A stretch of DNA of 43,785 nt, taken from the NCBI GenBank assembly GCA_025201805.1, contig MU619255.1, positions 68,214-111,998 on the forward strand, read 5' to 3'. Both the position numbers and the translations under genes were made by a program. The first letter of the stretch is position 1. Each line of letters starts with the position of its first letter. The stretch comes from Parasitella parasitica NRRL 2501 (Eukaryota > Fungi > Mucoromycota). Shown piece after piece: positions 37,902 to 43,785 of this stretch. The notes below the pieces were generated by a model. The model did no database searches. It was not told the DNA's origin and saw nothing but the letters and a program-made list of their open reading frames with translations.

Positions 37902-40287
37902 ATGGGAGGCAGTGGTACCACAAGCCATCAAAAAGACTTGATCGAGAAACACGAACTAAATCCTTAGAATCAAGGCACAGCAATGATATCCATAAAAGGT
38001 TATCTGCCTGCATTTTTGTAAATTAAAGGTTTCTCAATGAAGAAGATGAATTTTCTCCACCAAATGTTTATCAAGATAAAGCTACTATTTTGCTATTGGG
38101 TTATTTTCCAGGTTATACCGGGACAGCTGGCTACCACCAAATATTGTAAATTAATGAAATACGACTATATCAATTCAATTTGGCGAAACCTAATTAGTCT
38201 TTGAAACTGAAAACTTGCATCCTGTAAAATCCAAAGCAACAACCTTAGCAGTAACCTTAGCAGTTAGGATGTAACGGCGACGACCACCAGGTCTGTCTGC
38301 GTTTACTACTACCTACACAATGCCAAGCTATAACTTTTGACATCTGTTTAATAATCAAGAAAATTATTAATGAATTATACTGCACAAGGTATCCAAAAGA
38401 AGATAACTTTGGGATATCTAATGATTACAACATGGCAAATTACTTGGTTTGTATACAAATGACCATCAATACAATGGTTTTCATGTCACTCTAAAAGTAA
38501 AAAGAACGGGCCCTTTGAAGCATTTTCGTCAATATCTTGAATAATTATTAAACAAATTTATACTACTAATTAATAAAATTTTGCAAGTAATTAAAAATTA
38601 GTTACATAGTAGAGCAGTTTTAAGCTTTTCATCAAAAAAAGATATCATGTGAATAAAGTCGTGTTTTTCGACTTTGTTTTGCATAAAAGGAATACCTAAA
38701 ATGACAATTGTCTCTGAAACTTGGGGTATGCGTGATTATTTTCGACAAACACGCCTATGGCAAGAAAACTCATTTTTGAGGTCAAAATTTAGAGAGTTAT
38801 AAGATCCGTTTTTCCTTGCATACCTCATACAGCTATTAAAGATACTTTTTAAATACAAAAATGAACCTGTATATCCCATGAAAATTCGGCGAAACTTGGT
38901 CGCAAGCCATTTTTTTGGTGCAAATCCACAGATTTCACCTATGAGTCTTTGGAATCATATAGTGCGGTTCTCAATACGGGAATCGCCCTAAAACTCAATA
39001 AATTATGGTCAAATTATAGAATATGCTTATTTTGATTTCAAAGGATTGTATCCTTCCATTGTGATATAAAGGGTGTGTACATTGGGATTTTTCAGTAGAT
39101 ACGTCAAAATGCTTGGTAGTTTCTGGTTGGAATCAACCAAGCAGTAATAATAGCACATGCTCCATGCCAAATTCAACGATTGCGTATTGAAAGCTTTGTT
39201 GCCAAAAGGTGGTATACGCAGGCTCAATAATATCAAATCGCTCTTCAGGCTTGCAGTCAAGTTTTGCATTTTTAAACTCTTCTACAACTTATTGGAGCTG
39301 GGTATCATAACTAGCGCGTGCCTGAAATATGCAGAATTCCGCGTTCCTAGATCCTATATCATAATAAAGCAAAGGTAAGAATCTCGAGCTGTTTTGCTTC
39401 CAAAAAGCATCTTATTCAAACTTTGACAAACAAAAAAAAAAAACATTCTAAATGTATACAATAGTTCTGAAACGGTTTGACGACGACACCTTTTATATGG
39501 CCAATTTGTTTTGAGCCGACATCACATATATTGCCAACGCAAAGAGGAAGAAAAAAGCCAAGAGAAATCTCGGTCATGTTTCCACCGAACAGAATGTTAA
39601 ATAAACAAACACTGCATCGATAAACAATGAAAAGAGCATCATGCACAAGGCTCAAACTGAAAAGAAACTGTTGTCTATGTGTGGCAGCACGCGTGCATCA
39701 TTTGGGAAGCGTTTTTCGGCTGCTTAGAAAAGCTCAATCGTAACGTGAGCAAAACGCAAATTGTTGCTCTATTGATTCAAAATAAAGCTGACTGCTTGGG
39801 CTTAGAATGCATAACTTTGTCAGATCGCGATGAACATACATAGTCTTGCCGATTTAGACGCACACGCTATGTATGTTATTTCATCTACAAGAGCGATATA
39901 ACCTTACATATAAATAATGTGTTTATATGACAGATGTATTATGGCCAATTCGCAGGCAAGAAAACTGGCAAATCGGTTCCAGTTTGCTGGTTATATATAG
40001 ATATCGTTTCTTTAGGAAGATCTTGTGAGCTATAATGTAACTGTAATGATGTAAAACGTCAGTAATTTGTTCATGCCTTTTGTCATCAAACTGGCACAAA
40101 CATCGTATATACAATGTGCTGCATCTTTGTACTAAACAAGGAGGAGCATACATGTGCTGCAAATTGTGTGGATATCGGATATCACTGCATAAACATATAG
40201 CTTATATAAAATAGCGAAAGTTTATTATATTATTAAAATTACAATCAAGATTTTTACATGTAAAATAGAGTACAAAAAGTCTTTCAG

Positions 40288-41283
40288 TTATGTAACAGTT
40301 TTAGGCAATGATGACGATGGCGACACCGCTGCAGTAATGCCTTTTATGTAAGATTGTACAGCCACTGCTACACTCACATCGGCATAGGATTTGTACACTT
40401 TCTTCATAACGGTTTTAACCGATGATATCACGTCCACATTAGCGCTTATTTGGATTTTTAGGACACCAGGAATATCCACCTCCAAATCTTTTATCTGTGC
40501 TTTAAGCTGTTTATCGACACACGACTTGAGGGTCTTTTGAATAGTGGGCAGTTTCACCTGAAGTTCAGATCTTGCAATCGTCTCTGCCTTGACCAAGACT
40601 TTTGAGAGTTGCGTTGTACTGAGTACTTTTTGCTTTTTATTTGCAGGAGCTTTGAGTAACTGATCGATGGCGGGAGTGACGGATTCGGTCAGACTCTCTT
40701 CAATCTCTTTCTCGACGACTTTAGTCATTTGAGCTATGGTCATATACAGCTTGTGTAAGTTTCACATTGTCATATGGGCATGTTACATATCCTTACTTTT
40801 CAATCCATCGACGGCGGCTGTTTGTATAGCTTCGATTTGAGCGTTCCCTACTTGAACTGCGCCTCCCATTATACTGGTTTTAATAGTGATGCTTGCTTTT
40901 ACTTTTTGAAAGATCTACATCATGCACCATTAGCACTCTTTTGTTAATGACATGACCTAGCTTATACCACTTACCGACGCGGAGATCTTTGTTGTAATCT
41001 GCGTGTGGACGCGAGCCTTTATCTGAGCAACGATCATGGTGGCTAGCTCTGGAGTGACAGGCACGCTCTGCTTTGAAGCTCGTTTCATTAGCACGCTGAC
41101 TAAATGGCGGTAGATGGCGTCTCTATCATAGTCGGCTGGGAGTATGTCATAGACTGTCTCGGACGTGGTGGAGATGGTGGTTGATTTGTAGATACCATCG
41201 GCGTCATTTGCCAAGACAGATACTAGATGAATGATACAGCAGCACAAGAGGACAATTACAAGCTTAATGTGTTTAATATACAT
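40288..41283 (-). CDS. Secreted hypothetical protein, 3 exons
   Basis: Signal-peptide-like MYIKHIKLVIVLLCCCIIHLVSVLA; introns ~40973-40915 and ~40797-40747; V/I/K/S-rich helical composition. Confidence 0.7.
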
Positions 41284-41776
41284 ATTTCAGGATTCTATAC
41301 AAGATTAGTTCTATAAACCATAGAAACTATTGCTTTATATACGCTTGTCAAATCCATCCAGGAGTACACCATTGTATTTATCGTTATTGTTTTATTTTTA
41401 AACAATATATTAGATTGACATGAAGACAGAAAATCTAATGGTAAAACGTTTGTGTACAGTTACAATTCCACAAATTCAAATATATAAAAGGAAAGAATGG
41501 ATTATCATGCCATGTGTTTTCATTGCCCTTTGCCACTAATATCAACTCCTTTGCACTGTACGTCTCGTTTATTGCTTCTTTAATATTGGCCTTGTGTAAT
41601 CAACCATGATTCTTTCCGTGAATCAACTCCTTCCAAGCCTTTTCTTGCCTCCCCCTGTAATTCCCCTCGCCCTCCTTTCCTCTCCTTAACACTTTCGCTC
41701 ACTGTTTCCCCCCCCCCCTTTGGATGCCCTAAAAAAAAGAACAGTGTAACATGATAATAAAAAGAGTGTACGAGGA

Positions 41777-41811
41777 NNNNNNNNNNNNNNNNNNNNNNNN
41801 NNNNNNNNNNN
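41777..41811. other. Assembly gap (N run)
   Basis: Run of n characters. Confidence 1.
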
Positions 41812-41813
41812 AA

Positions 41814-41844
<31 letters not shown>

Positions 41845-42404
41845 ACCCGAGACTTCAGCGTTTAGTACGCAACATGTTGCACATGAAAAAAAGTGTCCGA
41901 CAAGTTTTGTAGTATGATGAAGGGGAGAAAGCTAGGAGTGAGGAGGAGCGAAAGGGATTGTATTCTTGGTGGTATAAATATACACACAGGAATTTCATCG
42001 TCTAATTATTGTGCCATTTCTCTATGCTGTTTTTGCAACGCCAATTGTTCAGTGCGAGTTTCAAGGGAATTTTTCGACTTGTTTTTTTTTTCTCTCGCAA
42101 GTCAACATCTCAGGTGCCCAACGATATGAAATCAATGCGTGCTATGCTTGCATGTGTCTATATGCTTTATATCATGTGTGTGTGACAGTACATGAATATT
42201 TGCATCCCAAGTTGACTGTACAGAACTAAAAAGAAGCGCACATTTGAACAGTTACAATATGCTACATTGATGAAAACTACAGTAGCCTTTTTAGGGGACC
42301 GCCGCCTTTTTAAGAATTAAATCACTCAACAACAAAAAACCTCTTTTTCCTTTCCTTTCTGTTAAATTTATATATCCTATAAAAAAAAAAAAAAGAACTC
42401 AAGA

Positions 42405-43772
42405 ATGGCGCCATCTACATCCACTGCCACTGCAGCAACCAGCAGCGCTCCTATAGACGGTGCTCGAAGGAGATCGCTGAGTGGAGCATCAGCACTATTG
42501 GCAAGGCGATTCATACGAAATACAACAAATCCAGCGCCAGAGCTGAGGCCAACAGCATCAGCATCTGAATCAGCTACAAGACGCAGAGCGACAGTCCCTT
42601 CTTCTGCATTATCGACATTGGATCAAGACAGCGCAACAGACAAAGTTCATGTGCGAATTGTCCCCAACATTGATAATCCCAGTCGAAGCCTTATCTTTGA
42701 CATTGTGGACAGAGAGTTGCAGGTTGGATCAGTCATCCGGGTTGGGCGGTATTCTGAGAGACATGCAAACTTGAATTGCATGTCTTTTAAAAGCAAAGTG
42801 GTCTCCAGATGCCACTGCGAAGTCTGGGTTGAAACTGATGGCAAGGTGAGTTGATGCTTAGTGCGCCCGTTGAATTTTGAACATTTAAATTTTGACATCT
42901 GTTAGTTGTATATTCGAGACACTAAATCATCCTCTGGTACCTTTTTAAATCACGTTCGACTTAGTCCTGCAGGAAGTGAGAGCAGGCCTGTCGAAGTACA
43001 CGATGGCGATATTGTGCAGTTGGGCGTTGATTTCCAAGGCGGCAGAGAAGAGATGTATCGCTCCGTGAAGATGCGCTTTGAATTGAACAGATCGAACAGA
43101 CCGAGACCACTCTCATTCAGTCTGAATGCTTTCCAAAATCTCCGTAATCTGACTCAAGGGCCCCCTCTTCCCTCTCATCAGCAAGATGGCGCTAATTATA
43201 GGAATACACTCGTCGATTCAACAGCCCACGACTTGACACCACCTGCATCAGACATACGACTGAAAGACCAACCAAAATTAACAGACATACAACACACTCA
43301 TGATACCAACATAACCACGACTACATTCACTAGTCATGATGATGTAGATGAATGCTGTATTTGTTTATATGCATTAGCTCCTTTCCAAGCACTCTTTGTA
43401 TCTCCATGCTCTCATACTTATCATTTCAAATGTATTCGACCTCTGTTGCAAAGTTACCCTGGCTTTCAGTGCCCCATTTGCAGGACCTATTCTGATTTGG
43501 AGGCGAGCGTTGCTACCGAAGATGACGAAGTCTACTGCACAGGTAGCACAGGTAGCACAGGTAGCAATCGCCATGAACGATCAAACACTGTCACCACTGC
43601 ACCTCCAGCAGATTCTGGGTTGAGTTTGCAATCTCCAGAATCCTCTGATATTATTATACATAATCCGCTACACGTAACTGATCCTTGTTCAACCACATTT
43701 GTATCCTCTCCTGTCATCTATTCCGAAACAGTGCCGGATTCCTCCTCTTCCCCTGTTAATCAACGTAAGTAG
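42405..43772 (+). CDS. DMA1: FHA + RING E3 ubiquitin ligase (Dma1/Dma2-like); may continue beyond window
   Basis: FHA RVGRYS..FKSKVVSRCHCE..YIRDTKSSSGTFLN..GDIVQLGVDFQGG; RING-H2 CCICL..LFVSPCSHTYHFKCIRPLL..FQCPICR; intron 42847-42905; gtaagt donor at 43765. Confidence 0.92.
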
Positions 43773-43785
43773 TTGATGCTATGAA

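Noticed and set aside
39470-40210. Fanzor/TnpB remnant (basic helix, KADCLGLECITL, CxxC)
   Set aside because: No RuvC D-P-G, E or NRD motifs visible and fragments lie in different frames; the resemblance is too weak to call
43537-43566. 9-bp tandem (gcacaggta x3)
   Set aside because: In-frame coding microsatellite (TGS x3) in a disordered linker
1-43785. tRNA, rRNA, snoRNA or CRISPR-like arrays
   Set aside because: No cloverleaf with A/B boxes, rRNA signature or regularly spaced repeat-spacer array recognised by eye; a covariance-model search would be needed to exclude small ncRNAs

Overview
AT-rich, intron-containing eukaryotic DNA. Gene content and short GT-AG introns with CTAAC/CTGAC-type branch sites suggest a Mucorales-like fungus (inference). 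Conserved genes: ARL8 GTPase (interrupted by an assembly gap), mitochondrial acyl carrier protein, G-patch/C2H2 protein, 3-oxoacyl-ACP reductase-like SDR, DRS2-type P4-ATPase, a protoglobin-type globin, a long low-complexity protein with an ASXH/DEUBAD domain, a FYVE protein and an FHA-RING (Dma1-like) ligase. The most interesting accessory content: (i) an apparently intact, spliced hAT-transposase-derived gene whose putative DDE residues are all replaced, a domestication candidate; (ii) three tandem kelch-like single-pass membrane proteins sharing a GC-AG intron, promoter motifs and a C-terminal KPDG motif; (iii) an orphan with a bacterial/mitochondrial SSB-like OB-fold signature; (iv) a DRS2 N-terminus with NPFxD motifs but no AUG; (v) a coding-repeat-derived 64-nt segment that may have become an intron. 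All calls are by eye; no database searches were run.
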